Positions 18,539 to 25,005 of a stretch of DNA of 47,018 nucleotides are shown here, piece by piece. The position numbers and the translations under genes were made by a program. The stretch spans positions 1 to 47,018 of the IMG/VR virus record IMGVR_UViG_3300005611_000050; one strand, written 5' to 3'. Positions within the stretch are counted from its first letter, which is position 1. Each line of letters starts with the position of its first letter. Origin of the DNA: a virus (taxonomy: Duplodnaviria > Caudoviricetes). The notes beneath the pieces are model-generated. The model searched no databases, was not told the origin of the DNA, and saw nothing but the letters and a program-made list of their open reading frames with translations.

Positions 18539-18578
18539 TCAAACGGGGGCTCCGGCCCCCATCTTTGGAGGACTAAGC

Positions 18579-19001
18579 ATGAAAACAATTATCACTGACA
18601 CCAACTGGAGGGGCGTGCCATGCACGCTCCGCTATGACGGATCACTCAAGCCAGTGTGCGAGGGTGACATGTTCGGCGAGTCGATGGTCATGGGCGGGCG
18701 GGCTCCGCACAAAGAGTCATCGACTGGGTACATGACGTATGCCAATGGGGACAGCCGCTATGTGCATGGGTGCCATTGGGTCGAGGACTACGATCCGAAC
18801 GCATGGGCAGTCATGTGCCGGATCAAGAAGAAGGGCCGGAAAGCCGCGGGCGAATGGGAGGAGGAGTACACATACTCCATCGAAAGCAACGGCGACACCG
18901 CCGCATACCTAATGGCGCACGGTCGAGCGCGGTTGCTCGAGTTCAACCCAGACCTCGAGTGCTTCATCAAGGCGGTGCGAGAACCGCTCTACGAAGACTA
19001 A
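18579..19001 (+). CDS. Early hypothetical protein (cassette 1)
   Basis: TTGGAGGACTAAG RBS places the start at 18579; GGRAPHK.SSTG motif. Confidence 0.8.
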   Translation: MKTIITDTNWRGVPCTLRYDGSLKPVCEGDMFGESMVMGGRAPHKESSTGYMTYANGDSRYVHGCHWVEDYDPNAWAVMCRIKKKGRKAAGEWEEEYTYSIESNGDTAAYLMAHGRARLLEFNPDLECFIKAVREPLYED

Positions 19002-19007
19002 CCGGAG

Positions 19008-19032
19008 GGGGCGAAAGCCCCTTCTTTTTTTT
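19008..19032 (+). terminator. Intrinsic terminator
   Basis: GGGGC-GAAA-GCCCC followed by T8. Confidence 0.85.
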
Positions 19033-19053
19033 CTCAATGATTACAAGTGCCAC

Positions 19054-19071
19054 GGGTCGCAGGTCGCAGGG
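19054..19071 (+). repeat. GG(C/T)CGCAG cluster 1 (2 copies)
   Basis: gggtcgcaggtcgcaggg. Confidence 0.8.
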
Positions 19072-19099
19072 TATTAGACCTTTGGATAAGAATAAATAC

Positions 19100-19128
19100 T
19101 TGTGTAAACTAATGTAATGTGAGACTAT
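19100..19128 (+). promoter_or_regulatory. Early promoter P2
   Basis: TTGTGT-17 bp-GACTAT with TGn extension; shares TATTAGACC and ATAAATACTTGTGTA with P1. Confidence 0.6.
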
Positions 19129-19168
19129 TTCTTTGTCGGAATAACCCGACGTTTTGGAGGACTAAAAC

Positions 19169-19438
19169 ATGAATCAATTACGAAAGAAGCTTACCGACAT
19201 CGGCATCGCCGATACCCGTCAGTTCTACATCGAGGACGCGCTTGCTGCTTGTCACCGCGCCTTCTCCCCTCTGGACACGACCAACCGCGCCTTGATCGTT
19301 GAGCACCTGCCGTTCATCGCCCAGTGTGCTCGGTTCTATGGCCTGAACTCGGTCGCGTGCAACACGTTCGAGCACGACGGCATCGAGATGCCCGAGGACA
19401 TCGACGCTCGCGTCCGCGAGATAATGGACAACCTGTAA
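19169..19438 (+). CDS. Early hypothetical protein (cassette 2)
   Basis: TTGGAGGACTAA RBS; 89 aa. Confidence 0.8.
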   Translation: MNQLRKKLTDIGIADTRQFYIEDALAACHRAFSPLDTTNRALIVEHLPFIAQCARFYGLNSVACNTFEHDGIEMPEDIDARVREIMDNL

Positions 19439-19469
19439 AGGAGGCGGGGGCTTCGGCCCCCGAACTTAT

Positions 19470-19625
19470 ATGAGTGAAAAATATACAGTATGGGTTGGCG
19501 GCACAGAAGTTACCGACTATGCCGTTGACTTCGATGAAGCTTATTATATTGCGAGTGTCTGGCATGTTGATGAGGGTCACGACGACGTACAAATCCAAGA
19601 GATAGAAGAAGAGGACGAAGAATGA
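19470..19625 (+). CDS. 51-aa very acidic protein (missing from ORF track)
   Basis: MSEKYTVWVGGTEV...EIEEEDEE; ATGA overlap with the next gene. Confidence 0.75.
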   Translation: MSEKYTVWVGGTEVTDYAVDFDEAYYIASVWHVDEGHDDVQIQEIEEEDEE

Positions 19626-19918
19626 AAGCACCAATGTCACTAGGCTGGACAAGCGATCCGGCACACGGCTGGCTATTAGTCACCGAAGAACAGATGAAGG
19701 AGAGCGGCATCAAGGCCGCGACCTTCTCCCCTTACTCTTACTACTCCGCGGAGTTCAGGACATACGCACTCGAAGAAGACTGCGATGCCGCCTTGTTTCT
19801 CCGCGCCCTGGCCGACCAGGGTATTGAGCACATGGTCTGGGAGGAGCACCAAAGTACAGGTGACTCCTTTGTCAGATCATGGGATCGAATAGAGCAGGAG
19901 ATAGTCCTTTCGGATTAG
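19622..19918 (+). CDS. Conserved phage protein (DP.HGWL / LEEDCD motifs)
   Basis: 98 aa; GAGG RBS; motif pattern familiar from phage early genes. Confidence 0.75.
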   Translation: MKAPMSLGWTSDPAHGWLLVTEEQMKESGIKAATFSPYSYYSAEFRTYALEEDCDAALFLRALADQGIEHMVWEEHQSTGDSFVRSWDRIEQEIVLSD

Positions 19919-19929
19919 TCCTCCGGATC

Positions 19930-19956
19930 AAGCCCCCGAAAGGGGGCTTTCTTTTT
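19930..19956 (+). terminator. Intrinsic terminator
   Basis: AAGCCCCC-GAAA-GGGGGCTT followed by a T-rich tail. Confidence 0.85.
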
Positions 19957-19974
19957 CCTGGCTCCTCGACTCCA

Positions 19975-20020
19975 GGTCGCAGGGCCCTTCTTACTAGGCC
20001 GCAGGGCCGCAGGCCGCAGG
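19975..20020 (+). repeat. GG(C/T)CGCAG cluster 2 (4 copies)
   Basis: ggtcgcag ... ggccgcagggccgcaggccgcagg. Confidence 0.85.
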
Positions 20021-20031
20021 TCCAATAAAGC

Positions 20032-20059
20032 TTGCACACACAACTAGTTATGCTATTAT
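20032..20059 (+). promoter_or_regulatory. Early promoter P3
   Basis: TTGCAC-16 bp-TATTAT with TGn extension; spacer contains AACTAGTTATG. Confidence 0.7.
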
Positions 20060-20102
20060 GGAGGTCGGGCATTTGCCCGTTTCAAAGTCTATGGAGGACA
20101 AG

Positions 20103-20321
20103 ATGAAAAACAAAGAAATCAGGAAAGAACTACAGGAAATTTCCAACCACCTCTGCGAAGCGCGGAACCGGTTGGACGAACTGTATCAGGTGCTCTTCAT
20201 CGAGCGCGAAGATCTGAACCTTGACGACCTGATCAAGGATATCTCAATTGCCGTCGAAGATGCCGAGGTCGAGATCGACCGAATCGTTGACGAAGGTGTT
20301 GACTGTATGGAGCGGGCGTAA
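20103..20321 (+). CDS. Early acidic helical protein (cassette 3)
   Basis: TGGAGGAC RBS places the start at 20103. Confidence 0.75.
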   Translation: MKNKEIRKELQEISNHLCEARNRLDELYQVLFIEREDLNLDDLIKDISIAVEDAEVEIDRIVDEGVDCMERA

Positions 20322-20349
20322 GCCCCTCCCTTTAACTGGAGGACTAAAC

Positions 20350-20583
20350 ATGCATATTGATTTCGAGGCAAAAATTATGGCCGTTCAACTCACACTAGAC
20401 GCGGACGAAGTATTGAACATCGCGAACATGTACCGCGATGCCGCGAACCAGGACCGCGAAGACGGATACCGGCACTCTGCCGGGTCCACCTACAAAAAGG
20501 CCGCCTGGTATTACCGCGCCATTGGTGAAACATGGTACGCGGACCGATGCGAGCGCGATGCCAAAGAGGCAAAGGAGGATTAA
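20350..20583 (+). CDS. Early hypothetical protein (cassette 3)
   Basis: TGGAGGACTAA RBS places the start at 20350. Confidence 0.75.
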   Translation: MHIDFEAKIMAVQLTLDADEVLNIANMYRDAANQDREDGYRHSAGSTYKKAAWYYRAIGETWYADRCERDAKEAKED

Positions 20584-20586
20584 CCG

Positions 20587-20613
20587 AGGGGCCGAAAGGC
20601 CCCTTTCTCTTCT
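20587..20613 (+). terminator. Intrinsic terminator
   Basis: AGGGGCC-GAAA-GGCCCCT followed by a T/C tail. Confidence 0.75.
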
Positions 20614-20630
20614 GTCGGTACTAGGCCCCC

Positions 20631-20705
20631 GGGCCGCAGGCCGCAGAGATTGGGCCTTGTTACAAGGGCCGCAGGCCGCAGGGCCGCAGGCCGCAGGGCC
20701 GCAGG
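20631..20705 (+). repeat. GGCCGCAG cluster 3 (7 copies)
   Basis: 2 + 5 copies with alternating 7/8-nt period. Confidence 0.9.
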
Positions 20706-20713
20706 AATAAACA

Positions 20714-20741
20714 TTGACCGCATAACTAGTTATGTTATTAT
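20714..20741 (+). promoter_or_regulatory. Early promoter P4 with palindromic operator-like spacer
   Basis: TTGACC-16 bp-TATTAT; perfect palindrome CATAACTAGTTATG at 20721-20734. Confidence 0.75.
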
Positions 20742-20773
20742 TATATTTCGGCTTATCTATTGGAGGATTTCAA

Positions 20774-21373
20774 ATGTCGATTTTATCTCAAACCCACAAA
20801 ATGCCCGGCAAGTCTATCAGTCTTGATGCCCGGGAATGCCGGACCGGAGCGAAGCTCGCAAAGGTTCCCGGTTCAGTGTGCCACGGATGCTATGCATTGA
20901 AAGGCCGCTATCGTATGGACAATGTCCGGTCCGCAATGGCTCGCAGACTGCAATTCATGACAAGCGCATCATTCGTTGATGATATGACGGCGGAGCTGTC
21001 CCGGATTCGCAAGCCCCATTTTCGGTGGTTCGATTCTGGTGATGTTCAGAGCGTACAAATGGCGGTAGATATTGTGGAAGTGTGCAAGCGTACGCCACAC
21101 TTGAAGCATTGGATCCCTACCAAAGAGCCCGCAATTTGGGCCGAGGCGTTGAAGCACGTCACGCTCCCGGACAATGCAATCTTGAGACTGTCCGCGCCAT
21201 TAGTTGACGACGCGGCCCCCGATTCCTGGGCCCACACTTCCACGGTCCACAAAGATGGACCGGCCATTGGTCACGAATGCCCGGTTAAATCCGGGAAAGA
21301 ACAATGCGACACCTACGGATGCCGCGCATGCTGGGACCAAAACGTACCCAATGTATCCTACAAGCACCACTAA
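20774..21373 (+). CDS. GP88-family protein (Cys-rich, radical-SAM-like)
   Basis: C-x13-C-x2-CYA.KG.Y, FRWFDSGD, HW.PT.E and C-terminal CP...C...CRACW; ATTGGAGGA RBS. Confidence 0.75.
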   Translation: MSILSQTHKMPGKSISLDARECRTGAKLAKVPGSVCHGCYALKGRYRMDNVRSAMARRLQFMTSASFVDDMTAELSRIRKPHFRWFDSGDVQSVQMAVDIVEVCKRTPHLKHWIPTKEPAIWAEALKHVTLPDNAILRLSAPLVDDAAPDSWAHTSTVHKDGPAIGHECPVKSGKEQCDTYGCRACWDQNVPNVSYKHH

Positions 21374-21430
21374 TCACCGAACCGGGGGCCTAGGCCCCCG
21401 GACCTCGGCTCTCTGTCCCCTATTTGATCA

Positions 21431-21476
21431 GGCCGCAGGGCCGCAGGACTTGACTCGCAGGGCCGCAGGCCGCAGA
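21431..21476 (+). repeat. GGCCGCAG cluster 4 (4 copies plus 1 variant)
   Basis: Copies lie upstream of and inside a promoter spacer. Confidence 0.85.
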
Positions 21477-21478
21477 AT
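21450..21478 (+). promoter_or_regulatory. Sigma70-like promoter for the candidate sRNA
   Basis: TTGACT-17 bp-CAGAAT; no ORF before the terminator. Confidence 0.55.
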
Positions 21479-21484
21479 CACCCC

Positions 21485-21540
21485 AAGTTTCTTAGTCCTC
21501 CAATCTGAGAAAGCCCAGCCCCACTTCGGTGGGGCTTTTT
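21485..21540 (+). ncRNA. Candidate anti-Shine-Dalgarno small RNA (~56 nt)
   Basis: Stem UUUCUUAG/CUGAGAAA with loop UCCUCCAAU, then a UUCG terminator hairpin and U5; up to 13-nt complementarity to early RBSs. Confidence 0.55.
21517..21540 (+). terminator. Intrinsic terminator
   Basis: AGCCCCAC-TTCG-GTGGGGCT followed by a T-run; abuts the stop of the convergent nuclease gene. Confidence 0.85.
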
Positions 21541-21541
21541 A

Positions 21542-21973
21542 TTAGAGCCGCAGGCCGCAGGGCCGCAGAACCTCGGCCCAATGCTCAATAGATATCCGTT
21601 TCATCTCATCGAACACCTCATCGAGGGCCTTGGTCCTAAAACCTTCCGCGTAGGACACCCCGTCAGAGGCCACAGAACGCGCTGTACGCCCCTCAAATAA
21701 AAATAGGTCTCTATCCTTGGCCTGCTTAACTAAGATGAAGCTGAGACCTCCAACGTGGCTGTGAGAGGTATGCCAAGCGACCTGTTGAGGAGATAAACGG
21801 ACTGCGTTTCCCTTTATTACTTTAAGTTCTATCCAAAGCGGCATTGATTCCCAAATGGCATATACGTCAGGCATTCCCGCTGAGACTCTGTTCTCTAGTC
21901 TCCACGCGTAGGAATTCTTCGGTAGTTTCGCTCGGATTGTGTTCCAGAAGTTCGCCTCCGGTCCCTGTGACAT
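21542..21973 (-). CDS. PD-(D/E)XK nuclease (VRR-NUC/Holliday junction resolvase-like)
   Basis: E..FW...RLE....GMPDV......WIELK.......LSPQQVAW. Confidence 0.8.
   Translation of the reverse strand: MSQGPEANFWNTIRAKLPKNSYAWRLENRVSAGMPDVYAIWESMPLWIELKVIKGNAVRLSPQQVAWHTSHSHVGGLSFILVKQAKDRDLFLFEGRTARSVASDGVSYAEGFRTKALDEVFDEMKRISIEHWAEVLRPCGLRL
21546..21568 (+). repeat. GGCCGCAG cluster 5 (3 copies, inside the 3' end of the nuclease gene)
   Basis: agccgcaggccgcagggccgcag; read as LRPCGLRL on the minus strand. Confidence 0.8.
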
Positions 21974-22454
21974 CCTTATATTCTCCCTCGATAAATGCGT
22001 GCGGATATTTTTTCTGCAGTTCGGTCAGTCTGGCGACGATGTCAGCACGGCTCATCTCATCCAGTTTGTTGATGGTTTCTCTGCGGTCGATGGTCAGGCC
22101 GCCCAATGCGGACCTGATTTTCTCAGCGTTGATCGCGGCAGAGAATTGACCGGACTCTTCAGCACCGCGTGACAGTTCATCAAGCCGTTTCATTTGGCCG
22201 ATCAATGTCACCCCGTATCGACGTTCCTTTTCTTCTCTGAGTTCTCTGATGTACTCGAGTACCTGTGGATGCTCCCGACCTGATAACAGTTTGGAAGCGT
22301 AGACGTGGGCAGTATCGACAGAGAACCCTGCCTTTCTCGCACACTCGGCATTCGAGTAAATGCCTTCAACATAATATTTACAGAATTCACGCTGACGGTT
22401 GGTCAGTTTCTTATGACCTCTCTCTTCAATCTGCGTGGCAATTTTATCGCTCAC
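21867..22454 (-). CDS. terS: Terminase small subunit
   Basis: LTNRQREFC..YV.....AECARKAGFS......ASKLL HTH, then AAINAE...GL. Confidence 0.85.
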   Translation of the reverse strand: MSDKIATQIEERGHKKLTNRQREFCKYYVEGIYSNAECARKAGFSVDTAHVYASKLLSGREHPQVLEYIRELREEKERRYGVTLIGQMKRLDELSRGAEESGQFSAAINAEKIRSALGGLTIDRRETINKLDEMSRADIVARLTELQKKYPHAFIEGEYKDVTGTGGELLEHNPSETTEEFLRVETREQSLSGNA

Positions 22455-22539
22455 GATGCAACTCTCCTTAAGGGGCTGTAGAACAAAAATAGTACCTCAC
22501 TTTCTCTTCAATCGTTAATTTGGGGGTTCTAATGCAGAA

Positions 22540-22683
22540 GTAACCTGTTAGAAGTGTTACAAATGTTACAAATCTGAAACAAAGTGTTACGAATAAAATC
22601 CTTTGTTTATGCACCTTTCAGAGAGTTTCGTAACGTCGTAACACTCGTAACACCATATTTGAAAAATAAAAAATATTTTTTTG
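22540..22683. repeat. Inverted iteron-like repeats with AT-rich tract (origin or packaging site candidate)
   Basis: TGTTAC x3 (22555-22590) facing CGTAAC x3 (22629-22651), then AAAAATAAAAAATATTTTTTT. Confidence 0.6.
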
Positions 22684-22745
22684 TAATCGTTCCAGAGGGT
22701 GTATAGAGAAAAGTTCTAACCCTCCAAAATAATTTACACAAACTG

Positions 22746-22773
22746 TTGCACTACTATCTCACTTATGTATTAT
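22746..22773 (+). promoter_or_regulatory. Early promoter P5
   Basis: TTGCAC-16 bp-TATTAT, same hexamers as P3; TTGGAGGA RBS follows. Confidence 0.7.
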
Positions 22774-22807
22774 TGCAAGTGGGTTCATAACTTTTGGAGG
22801 ATTACCC

Positions 22808-23515
22808 ATGACACAGCTTAACCCTGATTTCGTTTTACAGATGTCTGCCTACGGTGCGGACTTTGAGTTCCAAGGTTCGCGGTTCAAGATCATCTGGTCC
22901 ACGATCCGCGGTCCGGTGCGCGAGCGTCGCAACTACAAGCAGGATTGGATCCTGTCTGATATGTGGGAGGTCGATGAGTCGGGTTCCCAGATTGAGGGTG
23001 GTGATGTCGCTGTTGGTTCAGAGCCGTGGACCGCGGCCCTAGAACAGAAGACAGCGCATGATGCGTTGTTTGGTCAGATCATTCGTATCGGTGAGCTAGG
23101 TATGTTCCAGTTCGCTGACGACTACCGTCCTGAGATGCCGTATTACATGGTGCAAGAGCAGGTGTTCCGTTTCATGGAGATTATGGAGCGTAAGCCTGAG
23201 TATCACGCTAATGATGTCTGGCATGAGATGTTCATGGATGTCTACAAACAGTATGAGTATTACCGCGAGAAAAAGTTGCGGGAGTCGATTTTCTTTTATC
23301 ACTGGTCGCGTGACTGTGATTTGTGTGAGTCCGAGGGCATTGAAGTGTTCGAGGATTGGTATGACGCGGCTGAGTGGATCAAGGGCTTTGGTGATAGTGC
23401 TGAAGGTCCGCAATCGTTGGAGAAAATTTCGTATGAGCAGTGGCAGACGTTTAATGCGTCGCCTGTTCGGGATCGTGCGTTGGAGCAATTCGAGGAGTAT
23501 GGCTATGGATATTAA
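22808..23515 (+). CDS. Early hypothetical protein
   Basis: 235 aa, acidic and aromatic-rich; RDCD motif; strong RBS. Confidence 0.8.
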   Translation: MTQLNPDFVLQMSAYGADFEFQGSRFKIIWSTIRGPVRERRNYKQDWILSDMWEVDESGSQIEGGDVAVGSEPWTAALEQKTAHDALFGQIIRIGELGMFQFADDYRPEMPYYMVQEQVFRFMEIMERKPEYHANDVWHEMFMDVYKQYEYYREKKLRESIFFYHWSRDCDLCESEGIEVFEDWYDAAEWIKGFGDSAEGPQSLEKISYEQWQTFNASPVRDRALEQFEEYGYGY

Positions 23516-23801
23516 TGCACCGGAAAAGCCGTTGACTATGAAGTTTGTCGAGTCGGCAACTTTGCGTTGGTGGCAGTCGCCTGAGTGGACGGTGTTCGTT
23601 GATGAGGATGGAGATCCTGTTGGTTTCGAGCATGCCCAGTTTGGTGAAGAGGGCGGCACTGGCGGCCTGTGGTTCGATGGCACGCACTTGGTGGATTATG
23701 ACGGTGTCTACAATCTGCCCAAGGGTGTGATCGATATATGCGAACGTCTAGGTTTCAACATGGACTACGCCAAAGATGATGACTATTCGGAGGTGGAGTA
23801 A
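23505..23801 (+). CDS. Early hypothetical protein (GGLWF...LVDYDGV motif)
   Basis: GAGGAG RBS; start placed inside the track ORF 23211..23801. Confidence 0.7.
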   Translation: MDINAPEKPLTMKFVESATLRWWQSPEWTVFVDEDGDPVGFEHAQFGEEGGTGGLWFDGTHLVDYDGVYNLPKGVIDICERLGFNMDYAKDDDYSEVE

Positions 23802-24022
23802 TGAACTCAGAAACAAAAACTTTGTTTGAGCGTGCGCTGTATTACACATATGCGGCCTTGAAAGATATGCAGTATCAAGCGTCGATGGAAAGCCTTGATG
23901 GGTTCAACATGAACACCAACGGCACCCCGTGTTTTGAGTCGGATGAAGAGTTGGCTAAGTATCTTTCTGAGATGGAAGGTTTCGTTAAGGAGCTAAAGGA
24001 GATGGTCAATGAAAAAGTTTGA
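23801..24022 (+). CDS. Hypothetical protein
   Basis: TAATG coupling; 73 aa. Confidence 0.7.
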   Translation: MNSETKTLFERALYYTYAALKDMQYQASMESLDGFNMNTNGTPCFESDEELAKYLSEMEGFVKELKEMVNEKV

Positions 24023-24158
24023 GATCGTGTTCCGCGATGAGGTGGAGCATGAGTCGATGGATGAGTGCATCGACGTGTTTCTGGAGTATTTAAAAGACTG
24101 CGTGGAGACAGGTGATGTCTCTGCGTTTCAATTCTATGAACTGGAGGATAGGTCATGA
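24009..24158 (+). CDS. 49-aa acidic protein (missing from ORF track)
   Basis: AAGGAG RBS; MKKFEIVFRDEVE...; ATGA overlap with the next gene. Confidence 0.7.
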   Translation: MKKFEIVFRDEVEHESMDECIDVFLEYLKDCVETGDVSAFQFYELEDRS

Positions 24159-24757
24159 GCAAGGGTTGGTACGTCAAGGTTGCCACTCAGGTGGTGTTCG
24201 AGGTGGACACCAATGTTGGTGTGGTTGCGTCATGCGAGCGCGAGGCGGGTCATAAAGCACAGGAGATCCTGTGCGACTGGCTAGAAAAAGACGACTTTAA
24301 GTCAGAGCTTGAGATAACTTTGCCGTGGGAATTGAACATGGGCGGGCAGGCTTGGCATCGTAGCAGTGGATCAGGTGGTATCGATTTCGACACCATGCAG
24401 GTCCTTTCTGTCACGCCTGATTCGGACTTTGATCCGGAAGACGACGATGAAGATATCAAGATTCGGAACGTCATGGAGGCGGTCCAGTGTCTCAATGAAG
24501 CCTTTCACGATTTGCCGAACGATCATCCGTTGCAGGAGTTTCGGGAGACTCACGGCATAGCCGAGGTCCGAGATCGGTTGAACCTGCTTGCAGTGTATTG
24601 CGACATGACCTATCGGGTGATGGCCGATGAGCAGGGATACGACCTGTGTTTTGATTGGGACTTTGTCCCGCAGTTCCTTGAGAATTGTGTCGATGATGAT
24701 TTCAGTCCCAAGTCGCAGGATGCTCATGTGCTGTCAATGTTCTGGAGTGCGATATGA
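24155..24757 (+). CDS. Acidic hypothetical protein
   Basis: 200 aa; GGAGG RBS; FDWDFVP motif. Confidence 0.75.
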   Translation: MSKGWYVKVATQVVFEVDTNVGVVASCEREAGHKAQEILCDWLEKDDFKSELEITLPWELNMGGQAWHRSSGSGGIDFDTMQVLSVTPDSDFDPEDDDEDIKIRNVMEAVQCLNEAFHDLPNDHPLQEFRETHGIAEVRDRLNLLAVYCDMTYRVMADEQGYDLCFDWDFVPQFLENCVDDDFSPKSQDAHVLSMFWSAI

Positions 24758-25005
24758 AGACGGGTGAATATTACGGGACTCACTGGTATTGGGATTCCGA
24801 GGATCGCGAATATGTGATTTGCGCGACGTGGTATTACGAGCAGAACTATCCGGAGATGCCGGACGTGGTATCGCTCGAAGCGATTGAAGTCGAGGACCAA
24901 GAGCCGGGGTCCCCTGATCTCGATTTGTCGATTGGTGGTCCAGTGTGGAAGTCGGTTTATAACGACGGGATGCCGTTGGATGTACAGGAGGTTTCTTACA
25001 TATGA
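24754..25005 (+). CDS. Acidic hypothetical protein
   Basis: 83 aa; ATGA overlaps on both sides. Confidence 0.7.
   Translation: MKTGEYYGTHWYWDSEDREYVICATWYYEQNYPEMPDVVSLEAIEVEDQEPGSPDLDLSIGGPVWKSVYNDGMPLDVQEVSYI

Noticed and set aside
21426-21503. Minus-strand gene behind TTGGAGGACTAAG
   Set aside because: The well-spaced TTG gives a 2-codon frame; the next GTG is 14 nt away and yields only 17 codons of repeat; the G-U pair and terminator polarity favour a plus-strand RNA
18240-21540. Integron or diversity-generating retroelement
   Set aside because: No integrase or reverse transcriptase, no attC-like sites, no template/variable repeat pair; each cassette has its own promoter
19054-21568. 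GGCCGCAG clusters as a CRISPR array
   Set aside because: Units are 7-8 nt and tandem, with no regular 25-45 nt spacers and no cas genes
22721-22800. CCTCCAAAA / TTTTGGAGG inverted repeat as another anti-SD element
   Set aside because: The left arm is upstream of the predicted P5 start, so it would not be in the transcript unless another promoter exists
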